Below are positions 8,640 through 18,190 of a stretch of 21,266 nt of DNA, one piece after another; position 1 is the stretch's first letter, and the number at the start of each line of letters is the position of its first letter. The DNA comes from an uncultured delta proteobacterium (GTDB lineage Bacteria > Desulfobacterota > Binatia > DP-6): the NCBI GenBank assembly GCA_963815115.1, contig CAWFFN010000006.1, forward strand, positions 1 to 21,266, read 5' to 3'. The notes beneath the pieces are model-generated. The model saw only the letters and a list, made by a program, of their open reading frames with translations, had not been told where the DNA came from and searched no databases. The position numbers and the translations under genes are program-made.

Positions 8640-11098
8640 CAGTCACAAGCACCGACGTGAAGCGGAAGACCGAAGACGGCATCAGGACCGGGGCAGCAGG
8701 CCCCCTGTCCGCCGACGAACTGCGCAGGATGGACGCGTACTGGCGCGCCTCGAACTACCTGTCCGTCGGCCAGATCTACCTCCTGGCCAATCCGCTCCTG
8801 AAGGAACCGCTCAGGCGGGAACACATCAAGCCGCGGCTGCTCGGTCACTGGGGCACCTCGCCAGGGCTGAACATGCTCTGCGTCCACCTCAACCGGATCA
8901 TCAAGCGCGATGATCTGAACGTGATCTACATCATTGGCCCGGGGCACGGGGGCCCGTCGCTGGTGGCTCATGCCTACCTGGAGGGCACGTACAGCGAGGT
9001 GTACCCGAACATCAGCCAGGATGCGGAGGGGATGAAGGCACTGTTCAAGCAGTTCAGTTTTCCCGGTGGCATCCCCAGCCACGTCGCGCCGGAGACGCCG
9101 GGTAGCATCCACGAGGGCGGGGAGCTCGGCTACGCGCTGAGCCACGCATACGGTGCCGCCTTCGACAACCCCGACCTGATCGTCGCCTGCATCGTGGGCG
9201 ATGGTGAGGCGGAGACCGGGCCGCTCGCCACCGGCTGGCACGGGAACAAGTTCCTCAACCCGGCGCGCGACGGGTGCGTGCTCCCGATCCTTCATCTGAA
9301 CGGCTACAAGATCGCCAACCCCTGCTTCCTCGCCCGTATTCCTCGAGACGAGCTGCGGAAGTTCCTCGAGGGCATGGGCTACGCGCCGCACTTCGTCGAG
9401 GGACACGACCCGGCAGCGGTTCACCAGGAGCTGGCCGGCGTGTTCGACACCGTGACGGCAGAGATCAAGCGGATCTGGGCCGATGCCCGCGTCAAGGGCG
9501 TCACCAAGCGGCCGGCCTGGCCGATGATCGTCTTCCGTACCCCGAAGGGCTGGACGTGCCCGGCGGTGATCGACGGGAAGAAATGCGAGGGCTACTGGCG
9601 CAGCCACCAGGTGCCGATGGGCGACATGGACAAGCCCGAGCACATCCGCATCCTCGAGCAGTGGATGAAGAGCTACCGGCCGGAAGAGCTGTTCGACGCC
9701 CAGGGCCGACTCGAGGCCGAGGTTGCGGAGCTGGCTCCGAAGAGTCACCGCCGCATGAGCGACAACCCGCACGCCAACGGGGGCTTGCTGTTGCGGGACC
9801 TGAAGCTACCGGACTTCCGCGGCTACGCGCTCGATGTGCCGAGCCCTGGGGCACCCACCGCCGAGGCGACGCGAGAGATGGGGAAGTTCCTCCGCGACGT
9901 CATGAAGTTGAACCTGGAGAGCAAGAACTTCCGCCTGTTCAGCCCCGACGAGAACAACTCGAACCGCTGGCAGGACGTGCTGGAGGTCACCAACCGCTGC
10001 TACATGGCCGAGATCTACCCGGACGATGACCACCTGGCGCCGGACGGTCGGGTGATGGAGGTCCTCAGCGAGCACCAGTGTCAGGGCTGGCTGGAAGGTT
10101 ACCTGCTGACGGGCCGGCACGGCTTCTTCAGCTGCTACGAGGCGTTCATCCACATCATCGACTCGATGTTCAACCAGCATGCCAAGTGGCTCAAGGTATG
10201 CCACGACATCCCCTGGCGCCGCGACATCGCCTCCCTCAACTATCTGCTGTCCTCGCACGTCTGGCGGCAGGACCACAACGGCTTCAGCCACCAGGATCCG
10301 GGCTTCATCGACCACGTCGCCAACAAGAAGGCCGAGGTCATCCGCATCTACCTGCCCCCCGACGCCAACACGCTCCTGAGCGTCACCGATCACTGCCTGC
10401 GCAGCCGCAACTACGTCAACGTGATCGTGGCTGGCAAGCAGCCGGCGCCGCAGTGGTTGACGATGGACCAGGCCGTCAAGCATTGCACCGAGGGCATCGG
10501 CATCTGGGGATGGGCCTCGAACGACCAGGGCAGCGAACCGGACGTGGTCATGGCGTGCTGCGGCGACGTCCCGACCCTGGAAACCCTGGCGGCGGTCGAT
10601 CTCGTGCGCCAGCATCTGCCGGAACTGAAGGTGCGCGTAATCAATGTCGTCGATCTGATGAAATTGCAGCCGGCGAGCGAGCATCCGCACGGGCTTTCGG
10701 ATCGGGACTTCGATGCCCTGTTCACCAGGGACAAGCCGGTCATCTTCGCCTTCCACGGATACCCGTGGCTGATTCACCGCCTGACGTACCGCCGCACCAA
10801 CCACGGGAACCTCCATGTGCGAGGGTACAAGGAAGAGGGAACGACAACGACCCCATTCGACATGGTGGTGCGCAACGATCTCGACCGCTTCCATCTCGTA
10901 GAGGACGTGATCGACCGGCTGCCGCAGCTGGGCGCCCGCGCCGCCTACTTCAAGCAGGCGATCCACGAGAAGCTCCTCGAGCACAAGGAGTACATTGCCC
11001 AGCATGGCGACGACCTGCCGGCGATCGCCGACTGGCGCTGGGGGTCGCGCGTGAGCGTCGGCGCTCGATCCAGTTCGACCGAAGGGGACAACGTGTAG
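8636..11098 (+). CDS. xfp: Xylulose-5-phosphate/fructose-6-phosphate phosphoketolase
   Basis: 820 aa with [19 protein letters not shown]-binding [34 protein letters not shown] and [15 protein letters not shown]. Confidence 0.98.
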   Translation: MTVTSTDVKRKTEDGIRTGAAGPLSADELRRMDAYWRASNYLSVGQIYLLANPLLKEPLRREHIKPRLLGHWGTSPGLNMLCVHLNRIIKRDDLNVIYIIGPGHGGPSLVAHAYLEGTYSEVYPNISQDAEGMKALFKQFSFPGGIPSHVAPETPGSIHEGGELGYALSHAYGAAFDNPDLIVACIVGDGEAETGPLATGWHGNKFLNPARDGCVLPILHLNGYKIANPCFLARIPRDELRKFLEGMGYAPHFVEGHDPAAVHQELAGVFDTVTAEIKRIWADARVKGVTKRPAWPMIVFRTPKGWTCPAVIDGKKCEGYWRSHQVPMGDMDKPEHIRILEQWMKSYRPEELFDAQGRLEAEVAELAPKSHRRMSDNPHANGGLLLRDLKLPDFRGYALDVPSPGAPTAEATREMGKFLRDVMKLNLESKNFRLFSPDENNSNRWQDVLEVTNRCYMAEIYPDDDHLAPDGRVMEVLSEHQCQGWLEGYLLTGRHGFFSCYEAFIHIIDSMFNQHAKWLKVCHDIPWRRDIASLNYLLSSHVWRQDHNGFSHQDPGFIDHVANKKAEVIRIYLPPDANTLLSVTDHCLRSRNYVNVIVAGKQPAPQWLTMDQAVKHCTEGIGIWGWASNDQGSEPDVVMACCGDVPTLETLAAVDLVRQHLPELKVRVINVVDLMKLQPASEHPHGLSDRDFDALFTRDKPVIFAFHGYPWLIHRLTYRRTNHGNLHVRGYKEEGTTTTPFDMVVRNDLDRFHLVEDVIDRLPQLGARAAYFKQAIHEKLLEHKEYIAQHGDDLPAIADWRWGSRVSVGARSSSTEGDNV

Positions 11099-11248
11099 AG
11101 CGCGATGGGAGCCACCGCCATGAGTTCGCCATACGGACCAATCACCCCTCGACGATCCTGCGCTCGTGGCCGACTTCAACACCGAGGTGTCCGGCCTTCC
11201 GGCGTTACCGAAGGGCGGCGGGCTGGTTGGACGCGCCGGGCGGAGCAA

Positions 11249-11674
11249 TCAGCGTCCTGCGCGCTTGGGGCGCGCAGCCTTCTTGACTGAGCCGTTCAGC
11301 GCCACGGCCGCGCGGATGAGCGCCTTCAGGGCAGGCGCGTCGATCTTCTCGTCCTCGTGGATGTCGATGGCTCGTCGCACGTTCCCATCGAGGCTGGAGT
11401 TGAAGAGGCGGGAGGGGTCCTTCAGGGAGGCGCCCCTGGCGAACGTCATCTTCACGACGTTCTTGTATGTCTCGCCGGTACAGACGATCCCGTCGTGCGA
11501 CCAGACCGGGGTCCCCATCCACTTCCACTCCTCGAGGATGTCGGGGTCTGCCTCCTTGATCAGAGCACGGATCCGCCCGAGCGTCTCGCCGCGCCAGTCG
11601 CCGAGCTCGGCGATCCTCTTGCTGATCAGCCGAGATGCAGGCTCGCCTTCCTGCTTCGCCCCGGAGCGCTTCAT
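11249..11674 (-). CDS. DUF1801 (YdhG-like) protein
   Basis: LGDWRGETL.RIRALI.EADP...EEWKW.GTPVWSHDGIVCTGETYK..VKMTF..GASL.DP..LFNSSL.GN.RRAID. Confidence 0.9.
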   Translation of the reverse strand: MKRSGAKQEGEPASRLISKRIAELGDWRGETLGRIRALIKEADPDILEEWKWMGTPVWSHDGIVCTGETYKNVVKMTFARGASLKDPSRLFNSSLDGNVRRAIDIHEDEKIDAPALKALIRAAVALNGSVKKAARPKRAGR

Positions 11675-11850
11675 CGCCGCCTCGTCGGAATGATTCGCAC
11701 TATCGCATTTGGAGGCTGGAAGGGAACACGATGCGACGCTCTCGAATCCAAGGGCTGGGCCTCACCGGCGGCTATCCGGTCGTTCTCCGAGGACCGAAGC
11801 CGGTGGCAGGCCGCTTCGGCATATGCGCCCGCTCGACGTCGCGCGATCGA

Positions 11851-11897
11851 CGGCCGGCACTGGCCGTAAAATGGCCCGGCTCGGCCATCGTTGGCCC
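11851..11897. promoter_or_regulatory. Helically phased GGCC array, candidate enhancer (UAS) for the mddA sigma-54 promoter
   Basis: GGCC at 11852, 11862, 11873, 11883 and 11893 (spacing 10, 11, 10, 10), about 75-120 bp upstream of the -24 element. Confidence 0.5.
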
Positions 11898-11968
11898 ACC
11901 GCGCGGACATCCCGTACCGCGCCTCCCCGCGGCGTCAGGGCCCAACGGCCTCGATGCCCCGTCCTCGG

Positions 11969-11985
11969 CTGGCACGGCGGCTGCT
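11969..11985 (+). promoter_or_regulatory. Sigma-54 promoter of mddA
   Basis: CTGGCACGGCGGCTGCT: consensus -24 TGGCACG, GG 11971-11972, N10, GC 11983-11984. Confidence 0.75.
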
Positions 11986-12035
11986 TTCCCGGATGGCACG
12001 GTCACGACCCCACTCGGGAAGGGAGAGCAAGGGCC

Positions 12036-12794
12036 ATGGGAAGAATCGTCGCGTTCATCTACGGCGTCGTCTCGTACGCCATCTTCTTTGTCACGTTCCT
12101 TTACGCCGCTGCCTTCGTCGGCGGCCTGGGGACGCCGACGTCGCTCGACGGGGCTCCGGTCGGGCCGTTCGGCACGTCACTGCTCATCAACGTGGGCCTG
12201 CTCGGGCTGTTCGCGGTACAGCACAGCGTCATGGCGCGTCCCGCGTTCAAGCGGCTGTGGACTCGCATCGTGCCCCAGCCGGTCGAGCGCAGCACCTACG
12301 TGCTGGCGAGCAGCCTGGCGCTCATCCTGCTGTTCTGGCAGTGGCGTCCCCTCGGCGGCGTGGTGTGGGACGTGCAGGATCCCGTCGGTCGCGCCGTATT
12401 GCATGCCGGCTTCTTCTTCGGGTGGCTGCTGGTGCTGGTCGCCACGTTCCTCATCAACCACTTCGACCTCTTCGGGTTGCGGCAGGTGTGGCTCCACCTG
12501 CGCGGTCGCCCCTACCGGCCGCTGCCCTTCACCACGCCCGGTCCCTACCGACTCGTGCGGCATCCGCTCTACGTCGGCTGGTTCTTCGCCTTCTGGGCAA
12601 CCCCGACCATGACGGCGGCGCATCTTCTGTTCGCGGTCGCGACCACGGCGTACATCCTGATCGCCATCCGCCTCGAGGAGCGCGATCTCGTCGACGCGCA
12701 TCCGGAGTACGCAGAGTACCGCCGTCGTGTGCCCATGCTGATCCCGGGCGGCCGGCGCGGCGACGAGACTCGGCCCGCCGTCGCCCACGTCTGA
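12036..12794 (+). CDS. mddA: Methanethiol S-methyltransferase (ICMT-family membrane methyltransferase)
   Basis: QHSVMARPAFKR.WT..VP...ERSTYVL, FLINHFDLFGLRQV, YRLVRHPLY.G...AFWATP.MT..HLLFA and EERDL motifs; multiple TM segments; purine-rich RBS before ATG 12036. Confidence 0.88.
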   Translation: MGRIVAFIYGVVSYAIFFVTFLYAAAFVGGLGTPTSLDGAPVGPFGTSLLINVGLLGLFAVQHSVMARPAFKRLWTRIVPQPVERSTYVLASSLALILLFWQWRPLGGVVWDVQDPVGRAVLHAGFFFGWLLVLVATFLINHFDLFGLRQVWLHLRGRPYRPLPFTTPGPYRLVRHPLYVGWFFAFWATPTMTAAHLLFAVATTAYILIAIRLEERDLVDAHPEYAEYRRRVPMLIPGGRRGDETRPAVAHV

Positions 12795-12830
12795 CGCGAC
12801 CTGACGGCTGCGCGTGAGGAGCACGACGCC

Positions 12831-13238
12831 ATGACCATCGACACCACCGCACCGGGACGCGTTCGGCAGGCCCTGTACGCAGGCCTGGGCTGCGGATGCG
12901 TCGGGCTGGGCGCGCTCGGCGCCGTCACGCCCGGACTCCCCACGACAGTGTTTCTGATCGCGGCGTCGTACCTCTTCGCGCGCAGCTCGCCTCGACTCGA
13001 GCGCCGGCTGCGTGCGCATCGCTGGCTCGGGCCGTACCTGCAGCGCTTCGCGGAGACGGGCGGGATGCCGCGGCGGGCAAAAGCCGCGGCCCTCGCGTCG
13101 ATGTGGGCCGGGATTGCGCTCAGCTGCGCCGCGCTCGCGGCGGTCGGTGTCACGGCGCAGGCCGCGACGGTGGTACTCGGCGTCGCGGGCACGTCCACGA
13201 TCCTCTTCTGGGTCCCCACCACGGCGGCCAAGGGGTGA
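12831..13238 (+). CDS. YbaN family (DUF454) inner-membrane protein
   Basis: LG.LGAVTPGLPTTVFLIAASYLFARSSPRLERRL..HRWLGPYL; GAGGAG RBS. Confidence 0.9.
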   Translation: MTIDTTAPGRVRQALYAGLGCGCVGLGALGAVTPGLPTTVFLIAASYLFARSSPRLERRLRAHRWLGPYLQRFAETGGMPRRAKAAALASMWAGIALSCAALAAVGVTAQAATVVLGVAGTSTILFWVPTTAAKG

Positions 13239-13385
13239 GTCGGTCGGCGCGTCGCTCCAACGGCGGAGTCGACGACCCGACGCAGGCCCGGCAGCGCTAC
13301 TCCTCGCCATCTCGGCAATCTCGTGTCGCGGCGCGGTCGTAGCGTTGCTCGTCGAGACGGTGGCCGCTCGGACGGAGCTTCGGTC

Positions 13386-14066
13386 ATGAGATTGAATGCA
13401 GATGTTTCGGCGCGCGTGGCGATCCACGGCGCACGTTCCGAGTGGGCTCCCTCGCCGATGCCTGGCGTGGAGCGCCGCATGCTGGACCGGGTGGGCGGAG
13501 AGGTCGCACGCGCCACGTCCATCGTCCGATACGCGCCCGAGAGCCACTTCCCCGCGCATACGCATGGGGGCGGAGAGGAGCTGTTCGTGCTCGAGGGCGT
13601 CTTCCAGGACGAGCACGGCGATTACCCGGTGGGCTGCTACATCCGCAACCCCCCTGCCTCGAGACACACGCCCGGCTCGAAACCGGGCTGCACGATCCTC
13701 GTGAAGCTGTGGCAGTTCGATCCCGCGGATCGGACGCACGTGCGAATCGACACGGGCAAGATGCCGTTTCTGCCCGCTCCGGAACGGCCGGGTGTCGAGC
13801 TGATGCCCTTGTTCTGTGACTCGGAGGAATACGTTCGTCTCGAGCGTTGGGCGCCGGGCGTCTCCGTGTCATTGCCGCTGCCAGGGGGCGCCGAGCTCTT
13901 CGTGCTGGAGGGAAGCTTCGAGGAAGGCAGCGAGCGGTTCGAGAGGCAATCCTGGCTGCGCCTGCCGGCGCGCTCGCTGCAAGCAAGAGCAGGCGCCGGC
14001 GGCTGCAAGCTCTGGATGAAGACCGGCCATCTGGCCCGCGTGAGCAACGTGGGCCTGCCGCGCTGA
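13386..14066 (+). CDS. ChrR-like double cupin (Cupin_7) protein
   Basis: MRLNAD, W.PSPMPGVERRMLDRVGGEVARATSIVRYAP.S.F..H.HGGGEE..VLEG.F.DEHG.YP.G.Y.RNPP.S.H.P, VKLWQF, W.KTGHL. Confidence 0.92.
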   Translation: MRLNADVSARVAIHGARSEWAPSPMPGVERRMLDRVGGEVARATSIVRYAPESHFPAHTHGGGEELFVLEGVFQDEHGDYPVGCYIRNPPASRHTPGSKPGCTILVKLWQFDPADRTHVRIDTGKMPFLPAPERPGVELMPLFCDSEEYVRLERWAPGVSVSLPLPGGAELFVLEGSFEEGSERFERQSWLRLPARSLQARAGAGGCKLWMKTGHLARVSNVGLPR

Positions 14067-14141
14067 GCGGCGCGGCGGGCCGACGAGCACGACGCGACGT
14101 GGGTCAGCATCACGCGTGCTCCGAATCAATCGACCACGCAG

Positions 14142-14400
14142 ATCGTTCTAAACATGCGGGTCGGCCCGATCGAGTGGAACTCGCCATTGCCGCACTGGTA
14201 CGCGGCGCGGCGCGCACTTGGCCTCCGGGTGCGCGGGCTCTACTCGACCCAGGGCACGTTCGTCACGACGGCGCGCTCGATGCCGGGGTGAGGATCGCGT
14301 GGCTCGAGACATAGACGGCGTCAAACTACCTCACGCTCCGGCGCCACCACCGGAAGTGGAATGCCGAGCGACGTCGGGCGCGGGCTGGAGCGATTCGCGC
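14142..14400 (+). pseudogene. Decayed C-terminal part of a tyrosine recombinase/integrase
   Basis: PIEWNSPLPHWYAARRALGLRVRGLYSTQGTFVTTA / GVRIAWLET*T / NYLTLRRHHRKW follows the box-II layout 'R..Y.TRHTF.T.AL..G..I.WV..Q.G......RHY.KW'. Contains frameshifts and a stop; ends about 100 bp from a tRNA fragment. Confidence 0.6.
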
Positions 14401-14496
14401 CGCTCGACCGACGCTCTTCGGAGGGAAGATTGTGCCGGACCCAGAGCCAGTTGTGCCGGGTGCTCGCCGAGTAGGCGACAGACTGCGGAAGAAGAA

Positions 14497-14522
14497 GGTG
14501 CGAAAGGGGGGACTTGAACCCC
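14497..14522 (-). mobile_element. tRNA-Leu 3'-end fragment (att core of an integrative element)
   Basis: Minus strand GGGGTTCAAGTCCCCCCTTTCGCACC gives T-arm, 3' acceptor strand and discriminator of a GCGAA-type tRNA-Leu. No anticodon or D arm upstream. Confidence 0.8.
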
Positions 14523-14571
14523 TTTGGCGCTCTGCTAAGTGCTTGATTTACCTTACGGAACGATCGGAGCG

Positions 14572-14623
14572 ACCGCCAGGAACCGCCTGCGACCGCCGCG
14601 GGTTGTTACCGCCGGTAACAACC
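14572..14623. repeat. att-arm-like repeats: 10-bp-phased ACCGCC x3 and a perfect 10-bp inverted repeat
   Basis: ACCGCC at 14572, 14582 and 14592; GGTTGTTACC-GCC-GGTAACAACC at 14601-14623. Confidence 0.7.
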
Positions 14624-14690
14624 TTCGAGGGCGAGGAGAATGACGAGAGACATCAATGTGTCCGATCTCGCGCGGCAGCTAATGAGCCAA

Positions 14691-14712
14691 TCGGGGCGGG
14701 GGGAATCGAACC
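14691..14712 (-). mobile_element. Second tRNA 3'-end-like fragment (tRNA-Pro-like), possible att core
   Basis: Minus strand GGTTCGATTCCCCCCGCCCCGA: T-loop plus a CGCCCCG-A acceptor end. Confidence 0.5.
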
Positions 14713-14786
14713 GCACGGACGAGGATGGCGAAGGAGAAAAACTTAGCACACCCGGTTCGCTCAGGGTGTGGCAGTACGCACGCGCC

Positions 14787-15020
14787 ATGGTGCTCACCCT
14801 GAAGGGATGCGGCGGGCCGGCAAGGTCGTCATCGATGAGCCGTTGAACCTGCCCGAGGCGAGCGAGGTCGACCTCATCGTCGTCGATCCGGGCGACGACC
14901 TCGACGACGACGAGCGCGGGCAGCCGTACGCGGTGCTGGCGGTCCCGCAGGGAGGGATCGAGCGGGGAAACGGTGCGGCAGAGGTTCCTCATCGAGGCCT
15001 CGCGGCGCCAGCACCGGTGA
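14787..15020 (+). pseudogene. Frameshifted putative antitoxin; possible toxin remnant starting at ATG 15020
   Basis: MVLTLKG/RAGKVVIDEPLNLPEASEVDLIVVDPGDDLDDDER resembles small antitoxins ('G..V.DEP..LPEG.EV.L...D..D.LDDEER'). Upstream palindrome CACACCC-N10-GGGTGTG at 14747-14770; TGATG junction at 15018-15022. Confidence 0.5.
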
Positions 15021-15414
15021 TGCGCCCCGTCCGGGTGACCGTCGCGCGTGCGTTGGCGACTCTCGCCGACCGCCGTCGTGCCCGCTATCGAGGTTGTGCA
15101 GCCTTCTATTATCTCCACTCTGAGCGCGCCTTTCCAGGGCACGGTGGCGTCCAGGTCCGTCTCGGCACGGCGCCACCCTGGTGCGCGGACGTTCCGGCGA
15201 AGGCGAGCGGCAAGCCCCCGACCACCGCCAGGAACGACCGCGTCGATAGATTCGACGGTCAACCCAGGACGGCACCGCCGGTCGACTGTCCGATCTATGG
15301 ATAGGCCAGCGGTGCCTTCCTCGGCGCCATCCAGCCCGCGCGCGACACGCCGCGACATGTCTTCGGTCCCGGGCCTCTGCGAGCCATGGCGCGATCTCGA
15401 CCGGCTGAGCCGCG

Positions 15415-16170
15415 TCAGGCAGCCGGCACGCAGACCATGAGCGGCACCGCGCGGCCACGGATCCGCAGCGCGCGTGGTGCCGAAAGGGGTACGGCGTCAC
15501 CGAGATGCAGTCGGGTCGACTCCGAGACGAGGATGTCCACGCCTTCCGCCTTGGTGAGCTCCTGGAGGCGCGCCGCGATGTTCACGGCGTCGCCGACCAC
15601 AGTATAGTCGCGGCGTCGCGGGGCGCCGATGTCGCCCAGCACCACGGGACCGGTGTGCATGCCGATGCCCATGCGCAGCGGCGATGCGCCGTCTCCCGCG
15701 CGCTCGCTGTTGAGCGCGGCGAGCGACGACCGCATCGCGACGGCGCACTGCACGGCGCGCGCCGCGTGGTCCGCCTGCGCGACCGGCGCGCCGAAGTAGG
15801 CCATCAGGCCGTCGCCCAGGTACTTGTCGAGCGTGCCGCCGTGCGCGAACACCACATCGACCATGCGTTCGAGGAACGTGTTCAGCAGAGCGACCACAGC
15901 GGGCGCCCGCAACGCCTCGCAGATCGGTGTGAAGTCGCGCAGGTCGCAGAACAGGATCGTCACTTCCCGCGTCTGCCCCGCCGTTCGTAGCGCAGCCGGC
16001 TCGGCGAGCTGAGCGGCTACCTGTGGAGAGAAGTAACGCTCCAAGCGTTCGCGACGGAGCCGCTCGTCGGCGACACGATCGATCGACACCATCGTCCGGC
16101 GGCTCGCGTATCCGAGCATGGTGCCGATGAACGCGATGCCGAACCCCCTCGTTGGTGGTTTCTTCGTCAT
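15415..16170 (-). CDS. Class III adenylate cyclase (catalytic domain with a short N-terminal segment)
   Basis: TILFCDLRDFT, DKYLGDGLMAYFGAP, GIGMHTG, DYTVVGDAVNIAARLQ. ATGA overlap with the SGNH gene. Confidence 0.88.
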   Translation of the reverse strand: MTKKPPTRGFGIAFIGTMLGYASRRTMVSIDRVADERLRRERLERYFSPQVAAQLAEPAALRTAGQTREVTILFCDLRDFTPICEALRAPAVVALLNTFLERMVDVVFAHGGTLDKYLGDGLMAYFGAPVAQADHAARAVQCAVAMRSSLAALNSERAGDGASPLRMGIGMHTGPVVLGDIGAPRRRDYTVVGDAVNIAARLQELTKAEGVDILVSESTRLHLGDAVPLSAPRALRIRGRAVPLMVCVPAA

Positions 16171-17489
16171 GGTATCCTCGGTCCACGGTTGTCTGACGAC
16201 GCTACTCCCACGTCACGTCCAAACGCGCCCGCCACCTCAGCGGCGACGACCGCGTTGCCGGTTGGGGTCCAGTGGCCATCCATGGGGAAATAGAGCCCGT
16301 CGTCGCGGCGGCGGCGCAGCAACGGCAGCAGGTTGACGAAGGGTACGTCCTCCCTGCGGGCGAGCGCGCGCAGCCGATCGGCGAAGGTCGTGTCGGTAAG
16401 CGTGCGCGCATCCCAGACGAAGCCGAGCGACTCGAGGTATCGCCGAGCGGCGGGTGTCACCTGCTGCGCCGCGGGCGCGAAGACGAGCGGCGGCCGGGCG
16501 CCGTTGCGGCGGGTGAGCGCCACGATCCTACGCAGCTGCCGCTTCACATCGTCCCATGCCGCGTCATAGCGCGGCGGCAGCAGCGCCGCGTCGGCAAAGA
16601 GCCGCGGCTGCACCAGCGCCATGATCCGCAGATAGTTCTCGCTGGCGGCAGCGTCGTCGAGCGACGCGGTGCCCTCGAGGACGGACTGGAACGCGTCCAG
16701 CCGGCCGGCTGGCATGCTGGCGATAGCGCCCTCGACCGCCTCCCGCCGCCCATAGCGGTCTGCGAGTATCAGGAGGACGGCTTCCGCCGTGCCGGCTGGT
16801 GGCGGCGCGATGCGCGCGCCCATCGAGGCCGCACGGCTGTCCGCGGCCGCTGCGGGCCGCGGTTCCGGGCGCAGGGTATGCAGCCGGTTCCACACGAACG
16901 GGTAAAGGGCCGGAAACACGGCCTTGGGAATGCGCGTCCACGATGGAGGCGGCGCCAACACGGCGCGACGGGAGTCCGCGAGAACCTCGGAGGCGAGATG
17001 GACACTGAACTCCTGTTGGATCCAGCAATCCTGAACGTCGTTCGCCATCACCATCACGAGCACCACGTCGGGCTGGTAGGCGAGGCTGGGATCGCGGAGG
17101 TAGCTCAGGTAGTCGCGCGGGTTCGCTCCCGGAACACCGAGATTGATCACTTCATGCGGTCGAGCGTCCCGCGCGTCGAGAAGAACCTCGAGCCGCCGCG
17201 GCCAGGACTGATTGTCCTCGACGCCGTAGCCCTGTGTGAACGAGTCCCCGAGCGCGACAATGCGGACGGTCCCAGGCGGCTTGGGCGACGGCAGACGCGA
17301 CTCCCGGAACCCGAGCGGGTTCAGCTGGACATCGACGGAGAACTCCGGGCGCTCGAGGCGACGATGCTCGTTGGGACGGCCCCGCGACGGCGTGTAGCCG
17401 AGCTCGAAAAACGCGACTAGGCGATCGAGAGCGGTGAGCGCGACGAGCGCGCTCAGCAATGCGATTGTGTATCGACCGAGGTACTTCAT
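16167..17489 (-). CDS. SGNH/GDSL hydrolase family protein (AlgX/AlgJ-like), N-terminally anchored
   Basis: Block I ALGDSFTQG, block II INLGVPG, block III ANDV, block V DGHWTPTGN; hydrophobic N-terminus. Confidence 0.9.
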   Translation of the reverse strand: MKYLGRYTIALLSALVALTALDRLVAFFELGYTPSRGRPNEHRRLERPEFSVDVQLNPLGFRESRLPSPKPPGTVRIVALGDSFTQGYGVEDNQSWPRRLEVLLDARDARPHEVINLGVPGANPRDYLSYLRDPSLAYQPDVVLVMVMANDVQDCWIQQEFSVHLASEVLADSRRAVLAPPPSWTRIPKAVFPALYPFVWNRLHTLRPEPRPAAAADSRAASMGARIAPPPAGTAEAVLLILADRYGRREAVEGAIASMPAGRLDAFQSVLEGTASLDDAAASENYLRIMALVQPRLFADAALLPPRYDAAWDDVKRQLRRIVALTRRNGARPPLVFAPAAQQVTPAARRYLESLGFVWDARTLTDTTFADRLRALARREDVPFVNLLPLLRRRRDDGLYFPMDGHWTPTGNAVVAAEVAGAFGRDVGVASSDNRGPRIP

Positions 17490-17664
17490 CTCATCCCCGT
17501 CGGTCGGAATCGGTGACGTTGCTATGCGCCGGAGTCGTTCTCATGCGATGCGACATGTGAGACATGACTGAGATAGGGTCGTGTCTGAGCGCGACTACCC
17601 CCGTCGGTCGCGGGCACTACGCCATCCACGCCCCCGGCGCATCGGGGCCCTGCCTCTCTCGGTA

Positions 17665-18100
17665 TCAGACCCGGGCTGTGAACTTGATCTCGATGAGCTG
17701 CGTCGGCAGAGCCAGGCGGGACGTCGTGACGATCGTGCTCGCCACCGCAGGCCGCTCAGACCCGTAGGCCTTCTTCCGGACCGGGCCGGCCGCGGAGAAC
17801 GCCGCATTCATGTCGGTGACGTACAGGACCTCCTCGACGACGTTCTGCAGGGTCGCACCGTACCGACCCAGGATCTTCTCGGCGTTTGCGTAGGTCTGCC
17901 GCATCTGGGTCTCCATGTTGGAATGATCGAGGATACTCCCCTTTCTCGTTCAGCGGGGCCGGCCCAACAATGTGTCCTTCGTCGTCATGGCTCAGCTGGC
18001 CGGAGACGTAGATCGTGTCGCCTACCCGGATCGCCTGGGCGTACCCGTACAGATCCTCCCACGGCATTCCGAGCCCTCTGGCGTCCTTGCTCAAGGTCAT
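17665..18100 (-). pseudogene. RidA/YjgF family protein with a +1 frameshift (real or sequencing error)
   Basis: AGGAGG RBS; YGYAQAIRVGDTIYVSGQL...; frames join if one base is removed from the C-run at 17938-17941 (..KGSILDHSNMETQMRQ...LIEIKFTA). Span is 436 nt = 3n+1. Confidence 0.85.
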
Positions 18101-18190
18101 GCTCTCCCTCCTAGGTCCACTCGTTGACACCACGGTGCAGGTTGATCGTCCCGAGCGCGGCCGGTAGCGGAAATTCGTGCCCCGCAAGCC

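Noticed and set aside
7826-11248. Long minus-strand ORFs of 648 aa (7826-9772) and 480 aa (9806-11248)
   Set aside because: Antisense shadows of the strongly codon-biased xfp gene; no recognisable motifs.
13333-13349. Sigma-54-like CGGTCGTAGCGTTGCT upstream of the ChrR-like gene
   Set aside because: Spacing is correct but the -24 half matches poorly; not distinguishable from chance.
12177-13739. 520-aa minus-strand ORF and similar Arg/Ala/Pro-rich ORFs (3140-4417, 16272-17420, 20123-21097)
   Set aside because: They overlap well-supported genes on the opposite strand; expected in high-GC DNA with few stop codons.
14497-14522. Possible complete tRNA gene
   Set aside because: Only the T-arm and 3' acceptor strand are present; no D arm, anticodon arm or 5' acceptor strand follows.
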